Assembly (NCBI GenBank): GCA_025453395.1
Contig: JALOQK010000004.1
Span: forward strand, 51,563 to 115,562
Source: Candidatus Omnitrophota bacterium
Lineage (GTDB): Bacteria; Omnitrophota; Gorgyraeia; Gygaellales; Profunditerraquicolaceae
Reading direction: 5' to 3'
DNA: 64,000 nt
Below the pieces are notes generated by a model. That model saw only the letters and a program-made list of their open reading frames with translations. It was not told where the DNA came from and did not search any database. Shown here piece after piece: positions 55,425 through 64,000 of the stretch. Within the stretch, counting starts at the first letter, position 1. Each line of letters begins with the position of its first letter. Both the position numbers and the translations under genes were made by a program.

Positions 55425-56380
55425 TTTTTGGCCTCTAATTGTTTAAGCCTCTCTTCTGCCTTCTTCGCCCATTCTGTTTGGGAATAAGTATCCAAGATAT
55501 TCTGATAGTAAATCCTGGCAGACTGATAGGCTTTTTGCTTTTCGTAAAAAGAGGCGATCTGATAATTACTTTCTGCCTCCTTAAGCTTTATCTTTGCAAT
55601 ATTAGCTTCTGCTTCTTTGGATAAAACCGCGTCCGGGTGATCCCTGACAAATTCCTCAAATTTCTCTTTGGCCTCTCCGGCAGCGCCCTGATCATACTGC
55701 GGCCCCCTGGATACAGCGGCTCGGCACTGGGCGATCTGATACTGCGCCAATGGCGCCCATTCGCTATTGGGATAGCTGGAGATCACCTTATTAAAAGCCT
55801 CTTCGGCCTCAAAATAACGCAACAACTCTTTTAACACCAAACCTAATTTATACTCTGCCTTGGCAGCAAGCGGGCCGTAATTGGAATTCTCCACCACCTT
55901 AGCAAAGATTTCTATCGCCGGATTCTCAACCGGGATCGGCAGGCCGGCCAATTTACGTTTTTCACCAGATAGAAAGATCTCTCCTATATTATACTGGCGC
56001 TGAATAATTTCCTGGATCCGCTGGGAAAAAGGATATTTATCAATCACCTTTTGGTAGGCCAGAAATGCCTCATAGAGATTATTCTTGGCTTCCTGGATTA
56101 AGCCCAAATAATACTGGCTTTCGGCGGCTTCCGCGGCCTTGGGGTAATTCTTGATCAACTTCTTGAATTCCCGGTCCGCCTCATCATAATTCTTGATTTC
56201 ATATAATGCCAAAGCCGCGGCAAACTGATCTTTAGGGGTGTCCTTTACTGAACTTTTAGGATTAACCCATTTCTTAGTCTGGGGTGTCCAAATCCAGTAA
56301 GGATAAGCGCTATGCGCAAAAGTTAACAAAACAATTGTGAACAAAAGGGTTTTTGCTTGCATATTAGGTAAATCTAACAC
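55421..56380 (-). CDS. bamD: outer membrane protein assembly factor BamD (TPR lipoprotein)
   Basis: Signal peptide and about 5 TPR-like repeats with BamD-type spacing. Confidence 0.75.
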   Translation of the reverse strand: MLDLPNMQAKTLLFTIVLLTFAHSAYPYWIWTPQTKKWVNPKSSVKDTPKDQFAAALALYEIKNYDEADREFKKLIKNYPKAAEAAESQYYLGLIQEAKNNLYEAFLAYQKVIDKYPFSQRIQEIIQRQYNIGEIFLSGEKRKLAGLPIPVENPAIEIFAKVVENSNYGPLAAKAEYKLGLVLKELLRYFEAEEAFNKVISSYPNSEWAPLAQYQIAQCRAAVSRGPQYDQGAAGEAKEKFEEFVRDHPDAVLSKEAEANIAKIKLKEAESNYQIASFYEKQKAYQSARIYYQNILDTYSQTEWAKKAEERLKQLEAKK

Positions 56381-56412
56381 ACTGGGGGGCTTTTGTCAAA
56401 CACAAATAGCCG

Positions 56413-57198
56413 TTAAGAACCTAGAAGATTTTCAGCGTTTTTATATAATATGCGCTCATGAAGAATCTGGGGCAGGCCCAATCTCGCCAAATACTCCAGG
56501 TCTTGCGCCTGGTCCACCAAAGGAAAATCCGTGCCAAATAATAACCTGTCCGGACGATGGCTGAAAAGAAGATCCCTTACTTTTTGATCCGGCAGAAATC
56601 CAAAGAAAAAAGAGGTGTCCAGGTATATATCTTCGCCCACAAGATATTTTTCAGCTTCTTCCCAAAGCTTAAACCCTCCAAAGTGCGCGGCAATTATTTT
56701 AAGCTTAGGGAATGCTTTCTTGATATTAATTATTCTTTTCCCGGAGGAACGCACCAGCATTGTCCCGGAAAGCTCTTCCCCGCAATGAAAAAGAACCGGT
56801 ATCTCCAATTCTTCCATGACTTGGTACATCGGAAAAGCCTTTTGATCATCGGCATAAAAGCCCTGAAATTCCGGCTGAAGCTTTACCCCATCCCCATTAA
56901 CTCTTATACGATTAAGCTCATTCTCCCATTGCGGATAATCCGGATGCATAGAACAGAACACCCGGTAACGCCTGCTTTTAATCCCGAAAAGCCAGTCGTT
57001 AATAGAGGGTACCTGTTGCGGCTTGGTGGCTACCGCGCAGATTACACTTGTATCAATATGATTCTTAAGCATGAATTTATCAAGAGTGTTTAAGGTGGGC
57101 ATGCCCACCATCTTATGCTGAAAAAGAGACTCTAGGTGTTCTCGGGCACGCTCTGCCACCTTATCCGGCCAGGCATGGGTATGCATATCAATGATCAT
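56413..57198 (-). CDS. amidohydrolase-2 family TIM-barrel metal-dependent hydrolase
   Basis: HTHAW N-terminal metal-binding motif and FGTDFP C-terminal motif. Confidence 0.7.
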   Translation of the reverse strand: MIIDMHTHAWPDKVAERAREHLESLFQHKMVGMPTLNTLDKFMLKNHIDTSVICAVATKPQQVPSINDWLFGIKSRRYRVFCSMHPDYPQWENELNRIRVNGDGVKLQPEFQGFYADDQKAFPMYQVMEELEIPVLFHCGEELSGTMLVRSSGKRIINIKKAFPKLKIIAAHFGGFKLWEEAEKYLVGEDIYLDTSFFFGFLPDQKVRDLLFSHRPDRLLFGTDFPLVDQAQDLEYLARLGLPQILHERILYKNAENLLGS

Positions 57199-57632
57199 AC
57201 TAATTCCTGGACTTCAACGTCGGTTAAAACGCTAAAACCTGCTTTGCGCACGATTTTTTCAGCGTCTTTAATATTTTTCTCCGGAATCTCTAAGATACAA
57301 ATTCCTTTTTCTTTCGGCTGCATAACAAAACCATGGGCATCCACAATATTTATCTTGTGCCCAGACAGAACATCGGTTAATTTATACAGATTCCCGGCTT
57401 TATCTTTTATAGAAACTGCCAGGACATCCTTCATTGCCGAGGCAAAGCCGCTTTCAGTAAGCGCCAATTGCGCCTGTTTAGGATAATCAACAAATAATTT
57501 CATCATCCCGAAATCGCCCCTGTCCTGAATGGTAAAACCGATAATATTGATTTTCTTCTCGGAAAGGACTTTAGAAACAGATTTTAACCTTCCCGGACGG
57601 TTCTCAATGAAAATATTAAGTTGTTTAGCCAT
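57195..57632 (-). CDS. tandem ACT-domain protein
   Basis: Two approximately 70 aa ACT-like repeats. It is paired with the PaaK-like ligase. Confidence 0.7.
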   Translation of the reverse strand: MAKQLNIFIENRPGRLKSVSKVLSEKKINIIGFTIQDRGDFGMMKLFVDYPKQAQLALTESGFASAMKDVLAVSIKDKAGNLYKLTDVLSGHKINIVDAHGFVMQPKEKGICILEIPEKNIKDAEKIVRKAGFSVLTDVEVQELV

Positions 57633-57644
57633 TATTGCCCCCTT

Positions 57645-58961
57645 TTATAATTTATCGCGGTTATCCACTACGCGTTTGGCTTTTCCTTCAAATTCCGGCA
57701 ATACCCCGGGCTCATGAAGCTCTATCACTGGGCTTATAATAATAGAAGCCCGCAATTCATTCTTGATCTTCTCTTTGATCGTGTCCAATTGAGCAACATC
57801 TCCGGTAAAAAGCTTAGAGTATATTTCTACCTTAACAATAAGTTTATCCAGGGTGCCTTCTTTTTCCAGATGGATCTGGTAATTATTCCCCACTTCCGGG
57901 ATGCGCATGATTATTTCTTCAATCTGCGAAGGATACATATTCACGCCGTTAACGATAAGCATATCATCGGTTCTTCCGGTAATCCGCGAGATCCTGCGGT
58001 GCGTGCGCTTACATTTACAGGCACCCTTATAGACAAAAGCCAAATCTCTTGTGCGATAGCGCAATAACGGAGTTGCGCGGCGGGTAAGATGGGTTAAAAC
58101 AATTTCTCCTTCTTTTTCTTCAGGCAGGATATTGCCTGTCTTAGGGTCAATTACCTCCAGGATATAGCTATCTTCCCACAAATGCATTCCGTTTTTATAG
58201 ACACACTCAAAACTTACCCCCGGGCCGTTTAGCTCGCTTAGGCCGTAAGAATTATAGACATCAATATCATAAAGAGCCTCTATCTTTTTGCGCGTATTAT
58301 CTGAATACGGCTCTGCCCCGACATAGGCCTTCTTCAGGCAAAGGTCTTTCTTGCTGAATCCGCATTCTTCCAGCTTTGAATATATATGCAAAAGATAACT
58401 CGGAGTGGCATGCACGACGGTGGCCTTAAAATCTTTCATCAAAGAAAGTTGACGCTTGGTATTTCCTGCCGAAGATGGAATAACTGTTAACCCCGCGCGC
58501 TCTGCCCCATAATGAAGCCCCAGGCCTCCGGTAAAAAGCCCATAGGTCATCATATTCTGGAAAATATCATTCTTGTCGGCGCCGGTTGCGATAATACAGC
58601 GGGCCACCAATTCCGCCCAGTGCTTGATATCTTCTTGGGTATGGTAAATTACCGTGGGGGTGCCGGTAGTCCCGCTTGAAGTATGCACCCTGACCACATC
58701 CTGCATATTTACCGCCAGCAGGCCATTGGGGTAACACTGCCTTAAATCATCTTTACTGGTAAAGGGGATGCGTTTTAAGTCATCAAGCGATTTTATGTCG
58801 GATGCCGAACGGATGCCGGCTTTTTTCAGGCGGTGGTTGTAAAAAGCAGTATGCATCGCGTAATGCACAGACTGCTTAAGATGCGCCAGCTGCATCTTTT
58901 TTAATTCTTGCGCGCTTAAGGTTTCGGTATTCTTATCCCAATAAAATATTTCTTTAGGCAT
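57645..58961 (-). CDS. paaK: phenylacetate--CoA ligase family (PaaK-like aryl/acyl-CoA ligase)
   Basis: Adenylate-forming motifs SSGTTGTPT and YGLSE. 438 aa. Confidence 0.85.
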   Translation of the reverse strand: MPKEIFYWDKNTETLSAQELKKMQLAHLKQSVHYAMHTAFYNHRLKKAGIRSASDIKSLDDLKRIPFTSKDDLRQCYPNGLLAVNMQDVVRVHTSSGTTGTPTVIYHTQEDIKHWAELVARCIIATGADKNDIFQNMMTYGLFTGGLGLHYGAERAGLTVIPSSAGNTKRQLSLMKDFKATVVHATPSYLLHIYSKLEECGFSKKDLCLKKAYVGAEPYSDNTRKKIEALYDIDVYNSYGLSELNGPGVSFECVYKNGMHLWEDSYILEVIDPKTGNILPEEKEGEIVLTHLTRRATPLLRYRTRDLAFVYKGACKCKRTHRRISRITGRTDDMLIVNGVNMYPSQIEEIIMRIPEVGNNYQIHLEKEGTLDKLIVKVEIYSKLFTGDVAQLDTIKEKIKNELRASIIISPVIELHEPGVLPEFEGKAKRVVDNRDKL

Positions 58962-58964
58962 AGT

Positions 58965-59396
58965 TTAAAGATTGACAATTTCTTCTTTTCCGATAACCCG
59001 GATCTTATTTTTCTTTAATAAGGCGACTGCCTTGTCCGGCTGGTCAAAGCGTAAAACAAGAAGCGCGTTTTTGGAGAATTTTTCCACAAATCCGTACATA
59101 TATTCAAGGTTGATCCCGTCCTGGGATAAAACCTTTAATATCCCGGCCAATCCTCCGGGAGAGTCATCTACTTCAATAGCCACAATATCGCTTAGATGCA
59201 CTACAAACCCCTGTTTCTTAAGGGCTTTTAGCGCCTGCTGCGGCTTATCTACTACAATCCTTAAAATACCAAAATCCTGCGTCTCAGCAATAGTAAGCGC
59301 GCGGATATTGATTTTATTCTTTCCTAAAATATCGCAGACTTCATAGAGCCTGCCCTTGCGATTCTCTAAGAATATGGAAATTTGAGTTATCGTCAT
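58965..59396 (-). CDS. tandem ACT-domain protein
   Basis: Paralog of 57195-57632. Confidence 0.7.
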   Translation of the reverse strand: MTITQISIFLENRKGRLYEVCDILGKNKINIRALTIAETQDFGILRIVVDKPQQALKALKKQGFVVHLSDIVAIEVDDSPGGLAGILKVLSQDGINLEYMYGFVEKFSKNALLVLRFDQPDKAVALLKKNKIRVIGKEEIVNL

Positions 59397-59415
59397 CTCT
59401 TTCCCCTTTCATTTT

Positions 59416-59450
59416 ATCAGCTTTCAGCTGTCAGCCTTCAGCTATCAGCT
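59416..59450. repeat. tandem heptamer repeat TCAGCTT TCAGCTG TCAGCCT TCAGCTA TCAGCTA between the paaK stop and the ACT-protein RBS
   Basis: Seen directly. Confidence 0.8.
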
Positions 59451-60750
59451 AAAGAATTCTTTTATCTATAACTCTTTTGGCTTTTCCTTCGCTTCGCTCA
59501 AGGACCTTAGGCTCAACAAGCTTAACTTTCACAAAAACACCAAGCACGGATTCAATTTCTTTCTTAATCTTGTCGGAAAGCGCGCTCAAACTCTTCATTT
59601 CATCAGAAAAGAATTTATCTTCCACTTCCACCAAAACTTCCAGCTCATCCATGTCGCCGACTTTTCGATCTACCACAAGCTGATAATGCGGTTTAGTCCC
59701 TTCAATGCCCAGAAGAACGTGCTCAATCTGCGACGGGAAGACATTGATCCCGCGCACAATGATCATATCATCTGTGCGGCCTTTGATCTTGCTTATGCGC
59801 GGGGATGTCCTCCCGCAACGGCATTTTTCATACTTTATAGAAACAATATCCCGCGTGCGATAACGCAATAAAGGAAGCCCTTCTTTGATAAGCGTAGTAA
59901 TAACTAATTCCCCGAATTCACCTTCTTTTACCTCTTTGCCGGTTTTGGGGTTTATTATTTCGGGATAAAAAACATCCGAAAAAATATGTAAACCCTTTTT
60001 ATGCTGGCATTCCTGGGCCACTCCCGGCCCGATGACTTCAGATAAGCCGTAAACATCCGTAGCAAGAATATTCCATGTTTTTTCTATTTCGCCTCTCATG
60101 GTCTCGCTCCACGGCTCTGCCCCAAAGACCCCCACTTCCCAACTGCTTTCTTTAGGGTTTAATCCCATTTCCCGGGCTTCTTCTGACATATACAAACAAT
60201 AACTGGGCGTGCAGGCTAAAATCCTGGGCTTAAAATCATTCATGATCTTTAACTGCCTTTTGGTTTGCCCCGATGAAGCAGGGATTACCGTTAACCCCAT
60301 CTCAAGAGCCCCATAATGAAAACCTAATCCTCCGGTAAACAAACCATAGCCATAGGCAATCTGGATAATGTCCCCCGGAACAGCTCCAGCGCAGCCTAAG
60401 ACGCGCGCCATCACTTCTGACCAAAGCCCTAAATCTTCTTTGGTGTAACCAACTACCGTGGGATTGCCGGTCGTCCCGCTTGAGACATGGATCTCGGCTA
60501 TGTCTTTAAGAGGGCTTGAAAAAAGATTGAAAGGGTAACTATCGCGCATGTCTTCTTTGGTGGTAAAAGGAATCTTTTTCAAATCACGCAAATCCTGTAT
60601 ATCCGAAGGGCGCACTCCAGCTGCTTCTAATTTCTTGCGGTAGAGTTTGTTATTATCCCAGATATACTGCACTTTTTTGCGCAAGCGTTCAGACTGCAGA
60701 ATTTGCATTTCTCCAGCAGACATACATTCCATATTCTCATTCCAAATCAT
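59449..60750 (-). CDS. paaK: phenylacetate--CoA ligase family, second paralog
   Basis: SSGTTGNPT and YGLSE motifs. The start is taken at MIWNENMECMS, abutting the iorB stop. Confidence 0.85.
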   Translation of the reverse strand: MIWNENMECMSAGEMQILQSERLRKKVQYIWDNNKLYRKKLEAAGVRPSDIQDLRDLKKIPFTTKEDMRDSYPFNLFSSPLKDIAEIHVSSGTTGNPTVVGYTKEDLGLWSEVMARVLGCAGAVPGDIIQIAYGYGLFTGGLGFHYGALEMGLTVIPASSGQTKRQLKIMNDFKPRILACTPSYCLYMSEEAREMGLNPKESSWEVGVFGAEPWSETMRGEIEKTWNILATDVYGLSEVIGPGVAQECQHKKGLHIFSDVFYPEIINPKTGKEVKEGEFGELVITTLIKEGLPLLRYRTRDIVSIKYEKCRCGRTSPRISKIKGRTDDMIIVRGINVFPSQIEHVLLGIEGTKPHYQLVVDRKVGDMDELEVLVEVEDKFFSDEMKSLSALSDKIKKEIESVLGVFVKVKLVEPKVLERSEGKAKRVIDKRIL

Positions 60751-61213
60751 CTTGCCCTCTCTTCCTGCCTTCTTTAAATATTTTTTTGTTTTCTTCTGGA
60801 GCGCGACCTGCAAATTCCTGCTCTATTGATTTAATCCAATTTTCCTCTTTTATCTTAAGATGCGCGGATAAAACCCCCAGTAAAAATGTATTGGCGTATT
60901 TTCTATCCTTAAGCTTATTTACTTCTTCTAAATAGCGGCTAAGGTTTACTCCTTCTTTTTTAAGAAACCCTGCAAGCCGCGCTTCTTCATCCGCATGCAT
61001 AGAAACCAAGAAATCCGCCTGGCCGTAAGGGATAAGGGGAGAAAAAATCTCTTTGCCGAAGCGAAGATGCGATTCTACTGACCCTCCGCGCTGGGCCATG
61101 CCATGCACCTCGGATTTCTTAACATGAAACCCGTCAAACATGCAGGCTACCGCGCAAATTTCCGCCATCTTTAAAATCCCCTGCCCGCCTGTGCCGCAAA
61201 AAAGTATATTCAT
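60737..61213 (-). CDS. iorB: indolepyruvate ferredoxin oxidoreductase subunit beta
   Basis: GTGGQG motif of the 2-oxoacid:ferredoxin oxidoreductase gamma-like family. 158 aa. Confidence 0.85.
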   Translation of the reverse strand: MNILFCGTGGQGILKMAEICAVACMFDGFHVKKSEVHGMAQRGGSVESHLRFGKEIFSPLIPYGQADFLVSMHADEEARLAGFLKKEGVNLSRYLEEVNKLKDRKYANTFLLGVLSAHLKIKEENWIKSIEQEFAGRAPEENKKIFKEGRKRGQDDLE

Positions 61214-61220
61214 TTAGAAA

Positions 61221-62933
61221 TTATCCTCTGGCCTTAAGCGCGCCAAATTTACACGTCTTTACGCATAAGTTGCATCCCGCGCAAAAAGAAATCTCTATTT
61301 TAATCTTCCCGTCACTGTCCTTTTTTATCGCCGGGCAGTCCAGGGCTAAACACAGATAACAAGATTTGCAAAGGCCGGCGTCATATTCCGGATAAGGCGC
61401 CTTATCTTTTTTTATCAAACGACAAGGATAACGCGCGATAATAACTGAAAGCTTATCTTCAGAAGAGCGCTGTTTAACCAGATTCTCAAGGCTTTCAATA
61501 TCATAGGGGTTAACCACATCCACATTGTCCGCCCCGCAGGCACGGCAGATATCTTCTAAAATAAGCTTCTTGGTGGCTTCGCCTTTTATGGTGCATCCTG
61601 TAGCGGGATGCGGCTGGCTGCCAGTCATGGCAGTAGTGGAATTATCTAAAATAACCAGAACCGCGTTGGTTTTATTATAACTTAAGTTTATTAGGCCGGT
61701 AATCCCGGAATGCACAAATGTGGAGTCTCCAATTACTCCCACTACGTTTCTTCCAAGCGCCCGGGTAAAACCCTCTAAGAATGTAACCCCTGCGCCCATA
61801 CACAGACAGCTATGCAATGCCCCGAGAGGCGCAAGCGCGCCTAAGGTATAGCATCCAATATCTCCGGTAACAATCAATTTTAATTTCTTTAAAACCGAAA
61901 AAACATTGCGATGCGGGCATCCCGGGCACATGACTGGTTTTCTTGGGGCAGGTAACCCCGGAGGCCTTTCTTTGCCCTGGACAATATCCGGAATATATTC
62001 CGGACGTAATTCTCCAACCCTAAAAGATGGATGCGCAGTTTTAATCTTATTGATCCCGGCTATTTTTAGTTCTTCTTCCAGAAACGGGTCAAGCTCTTCA
62101 ATAACAAAAATATCTTTCACGCTATCCGAAAATTCTTTTGCTAATTGTCTTGGGAAAGGATACGAAAACCCCAGCTTTAAGAACGAGGCTTCGGGATACA
62201 TTTCTTTGGCATAAAGATAACCAACGCCAGTTGCAATAAACCCTAATTTTGTATCGTTTATTTCTGCGCGGTTAAGCTTGCTTTTTTCGCTTAGCTTACG
62301 CAATTTATTTATTTTCTCTTCTAAAAGGATATGTTTTTTATAGGCATTCCCGGGGACCATGACATACTTCGGGATATCAATTTTAAATTCTCTGGCAGGC
62401 GCTTCTTTTCTTTCCCCCAAAAACACATTTTCCTTGGTGTGGGCGACACGAGTAGTCATGCGCAGGATAACCGGGGTATCAAATTCTTCGCTTAGGGTAA
62501 ACGCGTATTTGACAAAGTCTTTGGCTTCCGAAGGGCTGGAAGGCTCCAATAATGGCAGCTTTGCCCATTTAGCAATCAAGCGGCTGTCTTGTTCGTTTTG
62601 CGAGGAATGCAGCCCCGGATCATCGCAAACAACTACCACAAACCCGGCATTTATCCCGGTGTAGGCAGAAGTCATCAGGGGATCCATAGCCACATTCAAG
62701 CCAACATGCTTAGAGGCATAAAGAGAGCGCCTGCCGGAAACTGCCGAGGCCAAGGCCACCTCATAGGCGACCTTTTCATTAACTGACCACTGGGAATCTA
62801 TTTGCTTAAAACAGGCTAGGCTCTCCAGTATCTCTGTGGCGGGGGTCCCGGGGTAACTGGCAGCAAATAAAAGTCCAGCCTCATAGGCGCCTTGAGACAA
62901 GGCCTGGTCGCCCGAGAGAAAACCTGACTGCAT
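61221..62933 (-). CDS. iorA: indolepyruvate ferredoxin oxidoreductase subunit alpha
   Basis: TPP-binding domains plus a C-terminal 2x[4Fe-4S] motif (CxxCxxCxxxCP twice). 570 aa. Confidence 0.9.
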   Translation of the reverse strand: MQSGFLSGDQALSQGAYEAGLLFAASYPGTPATEILESLACFKQIDSQWSVNEKVAYEVALASAVSGRRSLYASKHVGLNVAMDPLMTSAYTGINAGFVVVVCDDPGLHSSQNEQDSRLIAKWAKLPLLEPSSPSEAKDFVKYAFTLSEEFDTPVILRMTTRVAHTKENVFLGERKEAPAREFKIDIPKYVMVPGNAYKKHILLEEKINKLRKLSEKSKLNRAEINDTKLGFIATGVGYLYAKEMYPEASFLKLGFSYPFPRQLAKEFSDSVKDIFVIEELDPFLEEELKIAGINKIKTAHPSFRVGELRPEYIPDIVQGKERPPGLPAPRKPVMCPGCPHRNVFSVLKKLKLIVTGDIGCYTLGALAPLGALHSCLCMGAGVTFLEGFTRALGRNVVGVIGDSTFVHSGITGLINLSYNKTNAVLVILDNSTTAMTGSQPHPATGCTIKGEATKKLILEDICRACGADNVDVVNPYDIESLENLVKQRSSEDKLSVIIARYPCRLIKKDKAPYPEYDAGLCKSCYLCLALDCPAIKKDSDGKIKIEISFCAGCNLCVKTCKFGALKARG

Positions 62934-62948
62934 AAATATCTCCTAAAA

Positions 62949-64000
62949 CTAAATATGCTTAAAACAATGCTCTAGATGGTCTTTAGAATACTTCTTGCCA
63001 AAAATGCTAAAAACTACAGCCGCAATAAAAGATATGGGCAAAGCTATGATTATCGGATCTACTACCGTCCAGGGGTAACTGGCTAAAGTAGGCTTATTAA
63101 ATAAAAGGTTACATAAGCCCAAGGCCTCGGATTCTTTCTGGTGAATGAATAAAAGCCAGAAAAGAGTAGCAAAAAATCCCGTGAACATGCTTGCGATTAC
63201 CCCTATGCGGGTCATGCCTTTAAAGAAAAGCGCTCCTGCGTAAGCCGGCAAAAAAGTGCTGGCGCATAAGCCAAAAAATATCGCGGTGGCGATAGCAATA
63301 ATGCTCCCGGGCAGTTTATACCCTAAGATAACAGTCGCTAAAACTCCGAGAATGATCCCGATGCGGGTAAGAAAAACACTTATCTGCGGGCGTTTGCCCT
63401 TGAAAATCGCTCCGGCAATAAAATCCCGGCCAAAAGAAGCGCCCAATGTGTGCAGCTGTGAACTTGAGGTAGACATAGCCGCTGATAAAAGCGTCAGCAT
63501 AAAAACATACACAAACCAGGTTGGCATGGCGTTATTGATATAGGCGGGGATGATTTTATCCACGTTTCCTTCGGCTGCTGCCAAAGAGATCTTCTGGAAA
63601 AGCGGATGCTGGTAAAAATAAACATTAGAAAGCGCTCCCACCACAAAGGCCACTCCGGTCATAGCCAGAATAAAAATGCCTCCGACCACTACCGCGCGGT
63701 TTATTTCTTTGTTACTTTTAACAGTCATGAACCTGACCGCCAATTGCGGCTGGGCAAGGACTCCAATTCCCACTCCCATCACAATAGTAGAAACAAGCGA
63801 CCACCAGATATTAGAATTAAACACCGGCATGCGCGTCCAGCCCTGATGGCCTAAATTAGCCAGTTTCGCCGGGACAAGATTAGCCATATTGGTTAACGCC
63901 TGATGCGCCGGGACAATCCCGCCTAACTTAACATAGGTAAACACAAGCAGCACAACCATGCCCACGAACATAATAGCGCCCTGGAATGCGTCGGTATACA
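62949..64000 (-). CDS. sodium:solute symporter family transporter, C-terminal part (gene continues past window end)
   Basis: The reading frame stays open upstream of the ORF-track Met to position 64000 (..YTDAFQGAIMFVG..). Multiple TM helices. Confidence 0.7.
   Translation of the reverse strand, partial: YTDAFQGAIMFVGMVVLLVFTYVKLGGIVPAHQALTNMANLVPAKLANLGHQGWTRMPVFNSNIWWSLVSTIVMGVGIGVLAQPQLAVRFMTVKSNKEINRAVVVGGIFILAMTGVAFVVGALSNVYFYQHPLFQKISLAAAEGNVDKIIPAYINNAMPTWFVYVFMLTLLSAAMSTSSSQLHTLGASFGRDFIAGAIFKGKRPQISVFLTRIGIILGVLATVILGYKLPGSIIAIATAIFFGLCASTFLPAYAGALFFKGMTRIGVIASMFTGFFATLFWLLFIHQKESEALGLCNLLFNKPTLASYPWTVVDPIIIALPISFIAAVVFSIFGKKYSKDHLEHCFKHI

Noticed and set aside
604-63854. Numerous plus-strand ORFs of 60-145 aa embedded in minus-strand genes (for example 604-1041, 2002-2382, 9079-9399, 11192-11459, 31046-31513 on the minus strand, 39532-39882, 47145-47693, 53263-53829, 63256-63854)
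   Set aside because: They are antisense or out-of-frame overlaps of long, well-supported genes. They have low-complexity or odd composition, no motifs and no RBS context.
1-64000. CRISPR arrays, rRNA, tRNA, integrases or transposases
   Set aside because: No direct-repeat/spacer periodicity of 28-37 nt and no recombinase-like ORFs were seen. No tRNA genes were recognised either, but this rests only on the shortness of the intergenic regions and the lack of obvious cloverleaf-like palindromes. A tRNAscan run would be needed to be certain.

Overview
This window holds about 75 genes from a compact, AT-rich genome of a diderm anaerobe, and nearly all of them are coded on the minus strand. Evidence for the diderm envelope is TonB-dependent receptor, BamD, LptE, Lnt, LpxL, MurJ and SecA; evidence for the anaerobic lifestyle is SOR, rubredoxin, FprA and Hcp. 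Every call is made by eye from the ORF translations and the raw sequence; no searches were run.

Gene content in order:
- 1-2.6 kb: PfkB kinase (partial), UppP, RluA-family pseudouridine synthase and NadA.
- 2.7-5.2 kb: a DUF3108-like secreted protein and a BtuB-like TonB-dependent receptor.
- 5.2-10.3 kb: a sulfur and cysteine neighbourhood. It reads BirA, LarE-type PP-loop sulfurtransferase, NIL-domain ferredoxin, COG1900 (sulfide-dependent homocysteine synthesis, MA1821/MA1822-like), NifU-like, CysK and an Fe-S Rrf2 regulator.
- 10.3-12.6 kb: an M48 zinc peptidase fused to two zinc ribbons, followed by LemA.
- 12.6-21.1 kb: a redox and oxygen-defence block. It contains a polyferredoxin, TrxB, a glutaredoxin-like protein, a PNPOx-family protein, a 52-aa rubredoxin missing from the ORF track, the flavodiiron protein FprA/ROO, 1Fe superoxide reductase, an FNR-like reductase, SufBD and SufC, hybrid-cluster protein Hcp and a second Rrf2.
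- 21.3-29.9 kb: a TMTC-like TPR membrane protein, then a probable metal operon preceded by an NDH-2-like gene. The apparent operon is doxX, cupin, ZIP, feoA, feoB, a MnmA-like PP-loop gene and a radical SAM gene of the pyruvate-formate-lyase-activase-like (AmmeMemoRadiSam-associated) type.
- 30.0-36.6 kb: an isoprenoid and carotenoid cluster. It contains a UbiA prenyltransferase, a GGPP-type polyprenyl synthase, two lycopene-cyclase-domain proteins, phytoene synthase, IspH and phytoene desaturase.
- 36.6-45.7 kb: TrpB2, a CsgG-like lipoprotein, an ArsB/NhaD permease, BioY, LpxL, a CDF exporter on the plus strand and Lnt.
- 45.7-56.4 kb: SecA, RF2 with its conserved +1 frameshift, PilT, an MGMT-family protein, a short UvrC, MurJ, S20 on the plus strand, HolA, LptE and BamD.
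- 56.4-64.0 kb: an amidohydrolase, two ACT-domain plus phenylacetate-CoA ligase pairs, indolepyruvate ferredoxin oxidoreductase IorAB, and a partial SSF symporter.

The most unusual signals are non-coding:
- A conserved dual-hairpin intercistronic element, with two copies of about 85 nt and a third related copy.
- A dispersed family of heptanucleotide tandem repeats, (TCAGCTN)5-6, at three loci, plus a (CATTTGC)4 variant.
- An elaborate repeat and palindrome architecture in the CDF promoter region.

No CRISPR array, rRNA, tRNA or obvious mobile element was recognised.
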